A DNA stretch of 63,777 nucleotides, the filler included, from Rozella allomycis CSF55 (lineage: Eukaryota), in assembly GCA_000442015.1 (NCBI GenBank). It is 8 parts of 8 records of this genome, joined end to end, with 100 filler letters (N's around TTAATTAATTAA, not from the genome) between each part and the next. Parts side by side here need not be neighbours in the genome. Positions count along the whole stretch, not along the records: positions 1 to 28,026 come from KE561016.1; 7 more parts are not named here. One strand, given 5' to 3'. Under the pieces are notes generated by a model. It saw only the letters and a program-made list of their open reading frames with translations. It did no database searches and was not told where the DNA came from. A program made the translations under genes and the position numbers. This document shows positions 11,966 to 24,100 of this stretch, piece by piece (within the stretch, counting starts at the first letter, position 1; the number at the start of each line of letters is the position of its first letter).

Positions 11966-13470
11966 TTAGAGCATCAAAGTGATTGGATCCTCCAACAGTC
12001 CTTTTAATGTTTGTAAAAATTTGGCCCCAGTTGCACCATCGACTACTCTGTGATCCGAGCTAAGAGTTAAATTCATAACCTGCTGAGTAGCAAATGATCC
12101 ACTCTCTTCAACTACCACCCTCTTTTCGGTAGTTCCTACTGCTAAAATACACGCCTGGGGTGGATTAATAATCGCAGTGAAATTCTTTATTCCAAACATT
12201 CCAAGATTAGAAATAGTGAATGAACCACCCTGGCTTAAGTTGTATATTTCAATTTACTTGAAATTCATGTGGTTGCAATTTATTTGCTTTTGCCTTCCCT
12301 GCCAATTCTTTCATTTCATTAGAAATAGTAGCGATTCCTTTGCAACACGCATTCTTTATTATTGGCGTAATAAGCCCAGTTTCAGTTGATACAGCAATGC
12401 TTATATCAGCGTTTTTATATCTCTACAAATAGAAACCTATTTTTTACTGCCTAATGAAGTCTTTCTGCCATGAAGAATTGACATGTGGGTGCTGTTTTAA
12501 AGCAGATGCACAAGCTTTGATAATGAAATCATTAACAGACAATTTATATTGCTGTTGAGACTTTGCATTAAGTTTTTCTCTTAATGCCAAAAGGGAATCC
12601 ATTCGAATATCAACGCTCAAATAATAATGGGGAACTTGGGATTTTGACTCTGTTAATCTTTGCGCGATAACCTTCCTTGGGACAATTAAATATTATTTAC
12701 TTTTCGCATGTTGGTCAGAGGAATGTCAATAAAGAGGTTTGTGCTCTGTGCTGATGCAACCGCTTGAACGTTCTGAGTACTTTCCTTTGGACCTTTCATT
12801 GCTACTAGATCATTTTACTAAAATTTTGAACGTCCCATTTGGTGATTCTGTTTTTAGGTCCAGTTCCTTGAACCAAATTAAGATCAATTCCCTTCTCTTT
12901 GGCCATCATTCGAGCAACAGGACTGGCTAGTAATCTTTCTCCTTCTTTTGCTTCAGCAACGTCTGCTTTTTTCTCAATGATACTTTCATTTTTCTGTGTT
13001 TCAATGACTGGCTTTGGAGTCACAACTTTTTTAGCCTCTGCCGGTTTAGTTTCAACAGTAAAATCCTTGAAACTATCCAAGTCTTCCTTATTCTCAGCAA
13101 GTACTGCTAATGGCTATGAAATGAAGGTGGAAGATTTACTTTGGAAATAGGAACATCCTTTGTTCCTTCCTGTACCAATACTTTGACCAAAAATCCTTCT
13201 TCTTGGCATTCAAAATCAATTTGGGCCTTGTCAGTTTCAACTTCAGCTATAACATCTCCCGGATTTACAGCGTCTCCGATTTTCTTTTTCCAACTTACTA
13301 GGTTTCCCTGGGTCATTGTGGGGGACAATGCTGGCATTTTAATAACAACATGTGGTGGATACGCTACCTGTAAACTCTTGAGTTAATTTACTGGAAAAAA
13401 ATCGAAGGCAAAATTGTCTTGGAAATGAGGCAAGCTGGGAACAAGGTCTAATCAAAATCATCAACTTTAC
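11966..13470 (-). CDS. LAT1: Pyruvate dehydrogenase E2, dihydrolipoamide acetyltransferase; multi-exon, start codon not resolved
   Basis: Lipoyl domain [11 protein letters not shown]...EVETDKA; E3-binding ASPVAR...[10 protein letters not shown]; catalytic IINPPQ...[10 protein letters not shown]. Confidence 0.93.
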
Positions 13471-13673
13471 AAGGGTTTTAACGTATACGAATACTCGCGT
13501 ATATATTATGTCTCACAGTATAAAATGATTATACGTCAATGAAAAGGTTAAAGGCTTGATTCTATAAATATGATCCTCCAACGGGCTAAAAATAGAAACC
13601 AAATGAATCGATATGATTGGTTCAAGAGTCACAGGACTGTAGTTCAAGTAGGGGGTGTTAGATCTTTTTAATT

Positions 13674-14168
13674 ATGAACATCAATATCAATGTTTTAATC
13701 TTTTTTATTTTGGCACATGTTCTGACTCAAGATACCGATCTATCAAATATCCCGGACATTTCGCCATCAACAACTAAAGTGACACCTTCACCATCGAATA
13801 CTTTTACCACAACAAATACAAAAACTTTAAGACCAACGACAACATCGGTTCCTGCGCAGCGGTTAAGCCCACAAAAGAAACCATCTATTCGTAACGCAAC
13901 AAGCACAATGACAAGTCAACAAGATCAATCATTGCAGACATCTGTCTCCCAAAAAGTCATCAACGATGGAAATTTAAAGATTAGAAATGCACCGATAAAA
14001 GCATATAGCAGTGAAAATACGACACAGCCCGATATACTAATGATAGCTTCTATTTGTGGCGGTATTCTGCTGTTCATTATGATTGGTACTGCAATCATTG
14101 TTAAGCGGAAAAAGGAAGCGGCCAGGCGAGAAATGATGAGTGGGATGAAGACAGTTTACAGAATATAA
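13674..14168 (+). CDS. Type I membrane protein with signal peptide, S/T-rich ectodomain and one TM helix
   Basis: Hydrophobic N-terminus, Thr/Ser/Pro-rich stalk, ILMIASICGGILLFIMIGTAIIV followed by KRKK. Confidence 0.7.
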   Translation: MNININVLIFFILAHVLTQDTDLSNIPDISPSTTKVTPSPSNTFTTTNTKTLRPTTTSVPAQRLSPQKKPSIRNATSTMTSQQDQSLQTSVSQKVINDGNLKIRNAPIKAYSSENTTQPDILMIASICGGILLFIMIGTAIIVKRKKEAARREMMSGMKTVYRI

Positions 14169-14285
14169 CCATTTTAGAGTGACCATTTCCGAGTCACAAA
14201 AAATATTATACATTATCAATAAACTATTCTATGCCATCAATTAATGTATATTCGAACTTGGTCGTAAGATTTTGTAATTTCCAGA

Positions 14286-16239
14286 ATGAAAAGAACTCAT
14301 TCTCCAGGCAAAGGCTTTCAAACACCGAGTATTGTAAAGAAAATTCACAGTGACTTTGAACGATTTATTTCAGATACCCCAACAGTTTCGAGCACACCTA
14401 CGAGAAGGCTTCTATTTCAGTCGCCCGATGATGAATCTAAAAGAAAGATGAGAGAGTATGAAACGGAAAAAGTAACGCTGGAGAATAAAATTAAGATATT
14501 GGAAAAGACTATAAATGACAAGAATAATGTTATAAAGGAGCTAGGAAAAGATAGATCACTCTTGATTTGCAATAATGATGACAATGAATCTAAGATTAAA
14601 CAATTAAGCGATATAATTGAGAAGAGAGAAAAAGAAAGTATAGAAATTGAAAGAAATCTGAATTCACAGATTTCTGCATTAAAGGATGAAATGGTTGAAA
14701 AGAGCGAATCACTTGAAGGAAAAATACGAGTTTTGGAAAAGATGCTTTCTAAAGAAAAAGAAATATCGAAAGAATTTGAAGAAAAATGCAATGAGCTTCA
14801 AACAAATCTACTTGTGCAAAGTAAACAAAATGAATTGTTGAAAGCGCAACAAAATGAAAAAAGAAAGAGCTTTGTAATTGAGAATCCAGTCGACAAGCAA
14901 TTTGAATCAAAAGAATATGAAATACTTCGGAAATCCCTTGGTGGTAAATAATCTGAGTTAGTTTGAATAGAATACACAAAGGAAATAGAAAGTTTAAAGA
15001 AGCGACTTGAAGAATCGCAAAAAGTTCAAACTGTTTATCAAGATTTACAAAACGAAAATCAAATTTTAAAAGAAAAAGTTTTCTCGTTTGAAAATCAAAT
15101 GAAATTCAACAAACAAATCCAATCGAAGTTATTAGAGACAGAAGTTGAATTAGAATCTACAAAGAAATTGCTCGAAGATAAAAATATGAACAAAAAGGAA
15201 GATTCAGAATTGCTTGGAAGCCTCAATGAAATTCAATTGAGGTTGATTGAGGAAACAGATAAAAATGGAAGTTTGCTTGTAAGAGTGAAAGAATTGGAAT
15301 CAGCAATACTTGAAAAAGATTCCAANNNNNNNNNNNNNNNNNNNNNNNNNNNNNNNNNNNNNNNNNNNNNNNNNNNNNNNNNNNNNNNNNNNNNNNNNNN
15401 NNNTCAATCAAGGAAAGCGAAAGACGCGCGAATTTATTTCAAAGAGAAATTTCAATGTTAAAATCTCTTGTTGTAAATTTATTCTGTTTTCAATAATTAG
15501 GAAAGCTACGAGCATGAAATTGAAAATCAGAAAGACCTTCAGACATTAAAAGCACAAAATGAAGAATTAAAGTTAGAAAACACTAAACTTAAAAACGAAC
15601 GAAACAATGCTGAATCATCATTGGCGTTGATGGAAAACAAGATTGGGGCTGGCGACTACGATCCTCTAAAGACAAGGGTATGAATCAAAATTTAAATAAA
15701 TGTTTTAGATTCTTCATTTAAAAGAAAATCCCGAGTTTAAAGCATATTCACATATGCGCAACCAACTTAATCTTTTAAGGACCGAGAATGAGAGGCTATT
15801 GTCGAAAGACTCGAACCCTACCATGAGTGTCCCTGAAGAGTCCCTTAAGCGGCTTGAAGAAGAAATTAAATCTTTATCCCAGAAATTGAATGATGCTGAA
15901 ACTAGAAATCTAAGACTAAAACAAGTATTCATATCGCCTGTTGCAACAAAGGTTTTCAAGGACAAAATAACTGAATTCAGAGAAATAGTTTATTCTCTTT
16001 TTGGTTATAAACTTGATTTTACGAATTCCATTCAACTGTTGTCCATGTACGCTTTCAATGAAGACGATGTAATCAAATTCAATAGAAACAGTGATGGAAC
16101 TTTGACGCTTGTTGAAACACCGTTTATTTCATCATACAAACAAGAAATAAATATGTATTTGAATAGAGTAAATGCCATACCTGCATTCCTCTGTGTAATC
16201 ACACTCTCTCTTTGGGAAAAATCAACAATTGCTTTTTGA
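14286..16239 (+). CDS. MAD1: Spindle checkpoint protein Mad1, multi-exon, spans an N gap
   Basis: Long coiled coil; GAGDYDPLKTR|ILHLKENP (Mad2-binding region); RLKQ|VFKDKITEFREIVYSLFGYKLDF; IPAFLCVITLSLWEK. Confidence 0.88.
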
Positions 16240-16500
16240 TACGCATTCAATGAGAAGATATCAACAATTGAAGAAATAAATAAATAATTCTTTATGATAA
16301 TGAATTTTAATGCCTTTTGGGATCCATTATGTAACTTAGTTCTTAGCCTATTAAAACATTAACTAACAGGCTTTATGCTTTTGATTTGTTCTTGATATGC
16401 TTCAAATCGATGCCCCTTTCTAAATAAAATGATCCATTGACAGACTTATCATTGACTTTAAATAGATGTTGATCTTTGTTTTATACCTCCTGCGCCACAT

Positions 16501-18495
16501 ATGGACCACTCTGCAGCACTACAAATCGTCCAGCAAAAGATTGAAAATGTTGTTCTAAAAAATCCTCCTTATCAATGCATTAGTGAAGAACAGAAAGCGG
16601 AGCTCCTGGCTGAATTCAAGACCAGAGAGAAGTGGTTGCTAGAAATGATCCAAACACCAGCAACTGTACAAGGTAAAAAAATCGTTTCGTCTAGTTTAAG
16701 GTGACAAAAGACGGCTATCGCATGATTTGAGTGAGGGAATCAAGAAACGCAAGGGGTCCATTTCTAAACCACTACTTGACACTAATGGAAGTGATTTTGT
16801 GTTTTCAGGTAGGGATCGGTCGTTTGAAGTTTTTCTGGAATGTACAAGAAAGAGGTACGATGCTTGGGTGCAAAAAAAGACAGATCAAAAACTTCATCCA
16901 CTTCCTTTTCTTGCTGATGGACCGGGCAGTGGTAAGTCAAGGTACGTTCAAGAATTGTCTGTTTCTTTTAAATGTTATGTTGAGCAATCTAATTCAAGTG
17001 ATGATTTCAAGAAGACGATAAAAGAAGCACTTTTCATCAACATCAATTTTGGAAATGATACTACATACAGCGATGAAGATGTGGAGATCGGAATTGAAAA
17101 GGCTATCTGTCTTCGTGTTCTTCAACAGGTTGATCCAATCAATGGTCGTGCCTTTGTGATGCAGTATGACTCAAAACAAGAGACCGAGAAATTGCTGGCA
17201 TACACTATTCGCAAAGTTTGTGGAGACTACAAATGCCTTGTCTTGGGAATCGATGAAATTAATAAGATTTATTGCATGAACGAGAATGAATTTAAGAAAC
17301 TCTTCACTATTGTTGGTGAAATGTCATGTTCGTCTACAGTGTTCTTCGTCCCTGTTTTAGCTGGAACTGTGATAGGTCCAGTGATGAATACTATTTCTAA
17401 CTCAATGCATCCACCTTGCCATATACCACTCCCACTACTCACACTGGAGTCTTGCAAGAACATACTCAAGACGAAGCTTCCCGAACTAGATGTGACAGAT
17501 GCAAGATTTCTCCAATTAGTTTCTGATATTGGCGGTCATTGTCGGTCGCTTGAGTATCTTTACGATGCGTTGATTGAGTGCAGTGCATCCTTGACTGATT
17601 ATTGGGATAACGTTGGTTTTAAAGTTCGTCAAAGGGTCAAGAAAACCTACGCAGTTAGTAATCCCGCCCTTGGTCGTGCAATAGCATATTCGTTCCTTTC
17701 CATACCAATTGGAGAGCATGACATTGTCTTCAAGGAGACTAAATTTATCGACCTTGAAGAAGCTGGCCTTATAAAACTTGAAACAAAAGGTGAAGTATTT
17801 ATTGTGAGAATACCTTTTGTGTTTGTATGGTGTCATATGCAGCAATACTATGACAATAAGTACTATAAATTATGGACCAATTTGTTGATTGGGAGGGATA
17901 TTGGCTGGCAGGATTGGGAGACCTTCAATCAGTATTACATTGCCTTTCGTCTTTCGTTATATGCCTTTTTAGAGAAAACAACGGTTTTACTCACTGAATT
18001 TTTTAATGGCGCGGTTAATAATTTTCCCGAAGACACAAGTATCATAATCCCACCTTTAGAGAAGATCAAAGTAGTAAAATTGAAACACCGTTATCCTTCC
18101 AAATCATCCAGCTCTTTATGTGATATTGGTACCTGTTTCTTGAATGTTTCTGGTGCCTCTTTTGATGTTGGGGTGTNGGTGCCCCTTTTGATGTTGGGGT
18201 GTGGTTGCAAACGAAAGTTGGAGTCTCGGTTAAAAAGACTTTGTTTGCCTTGCAGATGAAATTTTCAGATAGCAAGAGGCCTTTTAACGATGATCTTGTC
18301 AAAGAGGAGTATAAAAACGTATATGATTCGGTCACAGAGTATTTGGAAACTTCTGATTTTATTTCTATCATGCTATGTCGTAAAGATGGCGAATTTTCAG
18401 AAAACGAACTCCCTGAAAATTCCGCCGTTGTCGCGAACTCAGAATTGCTGGCTTACTTCGGTGATTCATACTACCAGCGACTCAAAAAAGAATAA
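16501..18495 (+). CDS. Crinkler/RHS (CR)-type protein: helical header exon + P-loop NTPase + REase
   Basis: Header exon 16501-16672, intron 16673-16700. Walker A LADGPGSGKSR, Walker B LVLGIDE, GGHCRSLE, WETF, ASFDV, LFALQMKFS. The frame break at 'n' 18177 is an overlap artefact. Confidence 0.8.
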
Positions 18496-18656
18496 AATAT
18501 CTTAATAATCTTCCTGAATTTATAAAAGTATATCATTCGAAGACTTCATTGTTTATGGAAAACAAAATAAACCTTGACAATGCTTATGAATATTAGTATT
18601 AAAAAGTTAACTATTTATTACTTATTACTTATTCTGTATACAAAAATGTTTAAATG

Positions 18657-20206
18657 TCAACCAAAGTAGTGTAGATTGATCACACTTTGGCTGGAAGTGG
18701 TATGGCCATGGCTAAAGCACAATGGCAAGTATGGATGAAAAATAAAGGTGTTCAGCTTTTTGAATCTTTGGCCGGGTTTGCTTGTTAGCAATTTAAAACA
18801 CACTTGATTGTCCAATCTTGAACAAAACTTAATTGGATATTCTGAACCTCCTTTTGGCATTTCTATAATAGACACATGTTTTTCATCATAGAAAAATAAA
18901 TCTGCGTCGAAATAAGGGCTTTTGCTCAAGCTTTGAGAGGGGCAGGGAAGATGGGAAGCGCAGATTTTCTTTATTGAACCTGATTCACTTGATAAATATG
19001 GTGAAAATAAAATACTTTGCAAGTTTTGAGTGAGAATATATTTCTCTTTGTCTTTTAAGTTTTTGCCTTTCATACTTATTATTTGACCAATTGGATAACG
19101 GCGGTGTGACATTTTGAATAATGTCATTGTGGCTCTCTAGCAATGCCATTAATTCCTAAACCTAAAAATTCTTATAATTACATGAGAGGAATGATCTAAA
19201 ATTTGTAAAACTGTTGCCGTCATGTGATTGTAGAATAAATACAGCGAAAGCCCAATGTTGCTATCACTTCTGGATGGGATGCATTCAGGTAGAGTAAGCT
19301 TTATAATCAAGTTGTCTTTATCAATAAACTGCACCCTCCAAATAACCAATTTCCTTAACTGATCAAAAATATTGTAAAATCTCATCAAACTACATAACCC
19401 TTCATTATACGCTTTTCTGAAAAGAAAAGTTATCATTTTCTGTTTAATTCCATAGAGAATATCTGGATTAAAATCAGTATCGTTAAACGTCAAATTATCG
19501 TCTTCGTAAACGGTATAACCAATCTCTTTAACTTTAGCCAACCCTCCATCTGGTTTTATCATCATTATGTAAATCAGTTGATGCTGCGACGAAACAATAC
19601 AAATCATGTTATCAAACATATGCACACAAGTCTGATATGATAAGAATATTAGATCAAAAGGAAAGGTCAACCTACCAGTCTCCACGCCATCCTCCATATT
19701 TATACAATGAAAAGTAACATCATCCAAAAGTGTAGTCATTTGAATAGAATTTGGATTCTGATTTGGCGGGCGCACAAACTCTGAGTGTCCAACGGCTGAA
19801 GCTAAAATAAGGTAATGTTCATGGAACAACATAAATTCTTTGCAAATAAGTTGGGAATCAGTGGTTAGTTGAATTCCACTTTTTAATGGGAATAACGTTG
19901 TAAAATTGACCACATTTTCTTCCGATGGATAATGAAAAACATCGTGAATAAACACTGAATGACATGCTTTATCTATCGCAACAATATACTAGAAAAAATG
20001 ATACTCATTGTTACTTTTCCGTCCGGGGAAAACTTCTTGACGCATCTATCAACAGTAGCCACTTCATATGAGGTTTGATTTAGGGGTAGAGAGATGTAGA
20101 CATATTTCTTTCTAATATTTGATAATATTTTTCTATCTTGAATATACCTAAATAAGTTTCTAGGCCTTTTCTGACATGCTGGTATTTGTTCAAGACTGCT
20201 TTGCAT
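18657..20206 (-). CDS. DET1: De-etiolated 1 homolog, multi-exon
   Basis: KKFSPDGK; LPCPSQSLSKSPYFDADLFFYDEKHVSIIEMPK; PIKF; FIFHPYLPLCFS...VINLH match conserved DET1 blocks. Confidence 0.85.
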
Positions 20207-20529
20207 GTTTGAATTTTCAAATATTTTGGAACCAAAAAGACAGGGATTTCAATTTTTTATTTAATTCATGTTTACTTGCATGATGTACACTAGACTTGAG
20301 ACTTCAAATAGATTAATATAGTCCATTTTCAATATCTTACAAAGCTAACAATATTGATATGAAAAAGACTTGCCAATGGTGTGAATCTATTAGCATTGTA
20401 CTAAATTGTTAATTATTTTCCATGCTTAAGTTTGCAACCAAAGAATTACAGCGAGTATATTGATAGGTTTGTTGGGTCTTTGAACTTCCTTAAATAAAAA
20501 AGACATTTCTCACAAGGCTGTTAACTTGG

Positions 20530-20772
20530 GTGTCAATGACGATTTCGCCATCAGGCCCGGCTTTCGAGAATGGTCATGCAGATTTTGTCAGACTTTTGCT
20601 TGAAAATGAAGGCCCTAGAGTAGATCCAAATGCAAAAGTCAATTATGCTAATTGCTACTTCAGCGGGCTTCCGAGAACGAGAACGGCCATTCGGATGTTG
20701 TCAAGAGATTCAATAGTAGATCCAAGAGAAATGGACAAGTGTTGGCGTATGCTTGTTGAGCCATTTTATTAA
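20530..20772 (+). pseudogene. Ankyrin-repeat remnant
   Basis: AFENGHADFVRLLLE...RVDPNA and MLSRDSIVDP; short, with no clean ATG. Confidence 0.5.
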
Positions 20773-21140
20773 TCTATGCTATAAATATTCCGTTTAGTTG
20801 ATATATCTATAATTTTAGAGCTAATAACTTCTTTCTAATATGACATTTTTGATTTTTCGATATGAATTTAGTTTATTAGTTTATAAGTGAATACATAATA
20901 ATGCGAAACCTGAAAAATTAAGCTAAACCTACGCTTTTAAGGATCTCGACAATAAACAAAGATCAGAATGGATTCAACGAAACTTTATCAAAATAGCATA
21001 AATATTTGAAAAGTAATAAGTATTCCGAGAACCATTTTCTGTATTTGATGAAAGCGAATTGTTTATTGAGCTTGACGGCGCAGTCAATCTTTAATTGGCA
21101 ACCAAGTCTCGGTAGTAACCACATAAATCAAATAACAGAG

Positions 21141-24100
21141 ATGCCATTGGAGACATTTGCGGATTTATCAGACTTGCCATCTACTGATGAAACCTCAATT
21201 ATCAACAATTTAAATGACAGATTAAAGAACCATGACATTTACACCTCAATTGGCACCAGCACGCTAATCAGCATCAACCCGTGTCTGCAGACTGATTTAT
21301 ATACAGACGAAAAGACCCAATTGTATGCTCAATCGATAGAAAAGAGTTTTGAAAAGCCTCCGCACATTTTCAGGACGGCAGGGCAAGCGCTGCATGACAT
21401 GATTGCAACCGGCCGCAACCAGACAATAATAACAATGTAAATGAATATTGTATGTATAAAAGGGGTGAAACTGGCTCTGGTAAAACAGAAGCTGCCAAAC
21501 TGATCACGAATCAAATCCTGACAACCGTCCCGGCAGCCAGCAAAAAGGAAGCGAAGCTTCGGCAAAGAATAATAAAGAGCAATATCGTGCTGGAAACAAT
21601 GGGCAATGCACGGACGTTTCTGAATCCGAATGCATCCCGCTTTGGAAAATTTGTTGAACTTCAGTTTGATACGCAGGGTAGGCTTGTTGGAGCGCAGACA
21701 TTGGAGTATTTGTTGGAAAAGACTAGAGTGAGTAATTGCCCAAAAGGCGAGCGCAACTTTCATGTGTTTTATGTTTTCTTGGCTGGACTGTCAATGCAAG
21801 AGAAGCAAGAGTTTAGACTGACTGAAAAGAAGTTTGAATATTTGGATGCGACGTCGTTTGATGCGGATGATGAGATGTTTTTCAAGGATTTCAAGTCGGC
21901 GCTGAAATCGTCTGGATTGAATTCGAAATATCAGAAACAGATCCTGCAGTGCATAGCTGCAATTTTGCATCTGGGCAATATTGAGTTTTACAATGAAGAA
22001 AATGGAAAGAACCAAGAGGATGCCAGAATCAGGAACCGAGATGTGTTGGAGTATAGTGCAACTTTACTTGGCGTAACACCCGAGGCGTTGGAATCAGTGT
22101 TGATTACTCGTACGAGACTAATAAAGAAGCAACTGTGTACTGTGTTTCTGAATGCTGAGCATGCCAAGGTTGCAGTAGCTACGTTGTGCAAGATGATATA
22201 TTCACTGTTGTTTTCGTGGATAGTGGAGTTTATTAATGGAAAGATTAGCAGCAAGAGTTTTAGTAATGTGATTGGGATAGCTGATTTCCCTGGATTTGAG
22301 TCTACTAATGTGAACAGATTTGAGCAGTTGTGTATTAATTATGCTGATGAGAGATTGAAGAACTTTTTTAATCATTTTGCATTTGACAGTGAGATTCAGT
22401 GTTATGTTGAAGATAATATAAATATATCGTTTCCAAAGTATGTTGACAATTCCAATTGCCTTTTATTGTTCTCGAATAAGAATAATGGACTGTTTAGTAT
22501 TTTGGATGAGGAAACGTTGCGAAAGACCAAGGGAAAGGATATATCAGTGTTAGAGAGTTATAACAAGAGTCATGCAGATAATCCGTATTTTGCAACGCCT
22601 GAAAGCAACAAGCGAAGTTTTAGTATTAAGCATTATGCAGGGGTTGTTACATATGATGTTAGTAAATTTGTTGAGCGCAACAAGGACACGATAAGTGCCG
22701 ACATTGTTACATTGTTCAGGGGGTCGATGGATGTTGTTGGATCTAATAATAATTTTCTTATCGGATTGTTTAGCGGCAAGAATTTAAAGACGGAGAGTCA
22801 CCCCAAAGATGNTAAAGACGGAGAGTCACCCTAAAGATGAGAAGGTGATTGTGAATGCGCAGCAGCCAAAGCTTCCAATTAGACAGCCATCAGTGTTGAA
22901 AAAGAAAAAGGAAGAAGTGAAGGAAAAGGTTGAAGAAAGGGTTGTTGAGGGGCAGACTGTTGTATCTCAGTTTTCTGTTGCGATTGATCAATTGTTGGAA
23001 GCGCAGGCGAATAATAATATTTTGTTTGTGATTTGTATGAAGCCGAATGCAAGATTGGAGCCTAATGCGTTTGAGAACAATTATGTGACCAAGCAAATGT
23101 ACAATTATGGGATTAACGATCTTGTGTGTTTGAAGAAGAATGGATATAGTTTGATAACGACGTTTGAAGATTTTGTGAATGATTTTGCTAATGTGTTTAG
23201 AGCGTATAGTTTGGATCTTGGGGTTGAGCCTAAATCACTTTGTGGACAGTAATAATATTTTCATTATTTTGAATAAAAGATTGATGAGTTTGATTAACAT
23301 GGAAAATGAGAGTAAAATTGGACTAAAGTACTTGTATTTGACCAGGGTCAGTCATAAGGAAGTGATGAAGATTGATTATGAAGAGAGATTTAAAAATGGG
23401 ATGACGTTTGAGCAGAGAAACGAGCGAGAGATTAATGAGGATGCTGGGAGTGATCGATCGTTTGATACAGAGATTACGCAATTCACTGACTATAATAGGC
23501 CGTTGGATGTAGAAGCGGGAATACCAGCAGTAAAGGAAGAGAAGAAGGAAGTTGAAGAAGAAAAGAAGAAGTTGTCCAAAGTGAGAAGACGATGGTTGTT
23601 CTTTACTAGTTTCTGTACGTGGTGGATTCCCAATAGACTGATTAGAGCGTGTGGAATGAAGAATCCCGATGTGATGCAAGCGTGGAAGGAAAAGGTAGCG
23701 TTGTGTACGATTATTCTGTGTATGAGTGTGACTTTGTTTCTGTATATTTTGGGGTTGCCTAATTGGTTGTGTCCACCGCAGAATGTGATTAATTATGAAG
23801 AGTTTAGCAAACTGGCGAAAGATCCAACACAGCCTCCGATAGCGTTGTTGAGGGGAGGGATTTATGATTTGACTAATTTTGTTGGTGATCATGTTGATGG
23901 AGTTACTGTGATGAATGCGATGCGAGGGATGGATGTGACGCCCATGTTTATGAATAATTTGTATTGTCCAGATTTGCAGAGTAATGTGAATAAAACAGAT
24001 TGTGTTGTTGGAGGGAAGAATTATTGTCATGATTTGAGTGCGAGTGAGATTGATAGAATGAAGAGAGCCAAAGTGAACATTTTGGGGTTTGCAGCCAGTT

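Noticed and set aside
23323..24030. Long antisense ORFs (also 35036-35827, 14417-14791, 26677-27294)
   Set aside because: Shadows of real genes, favoured by the strand-skewed composition; no motifs.
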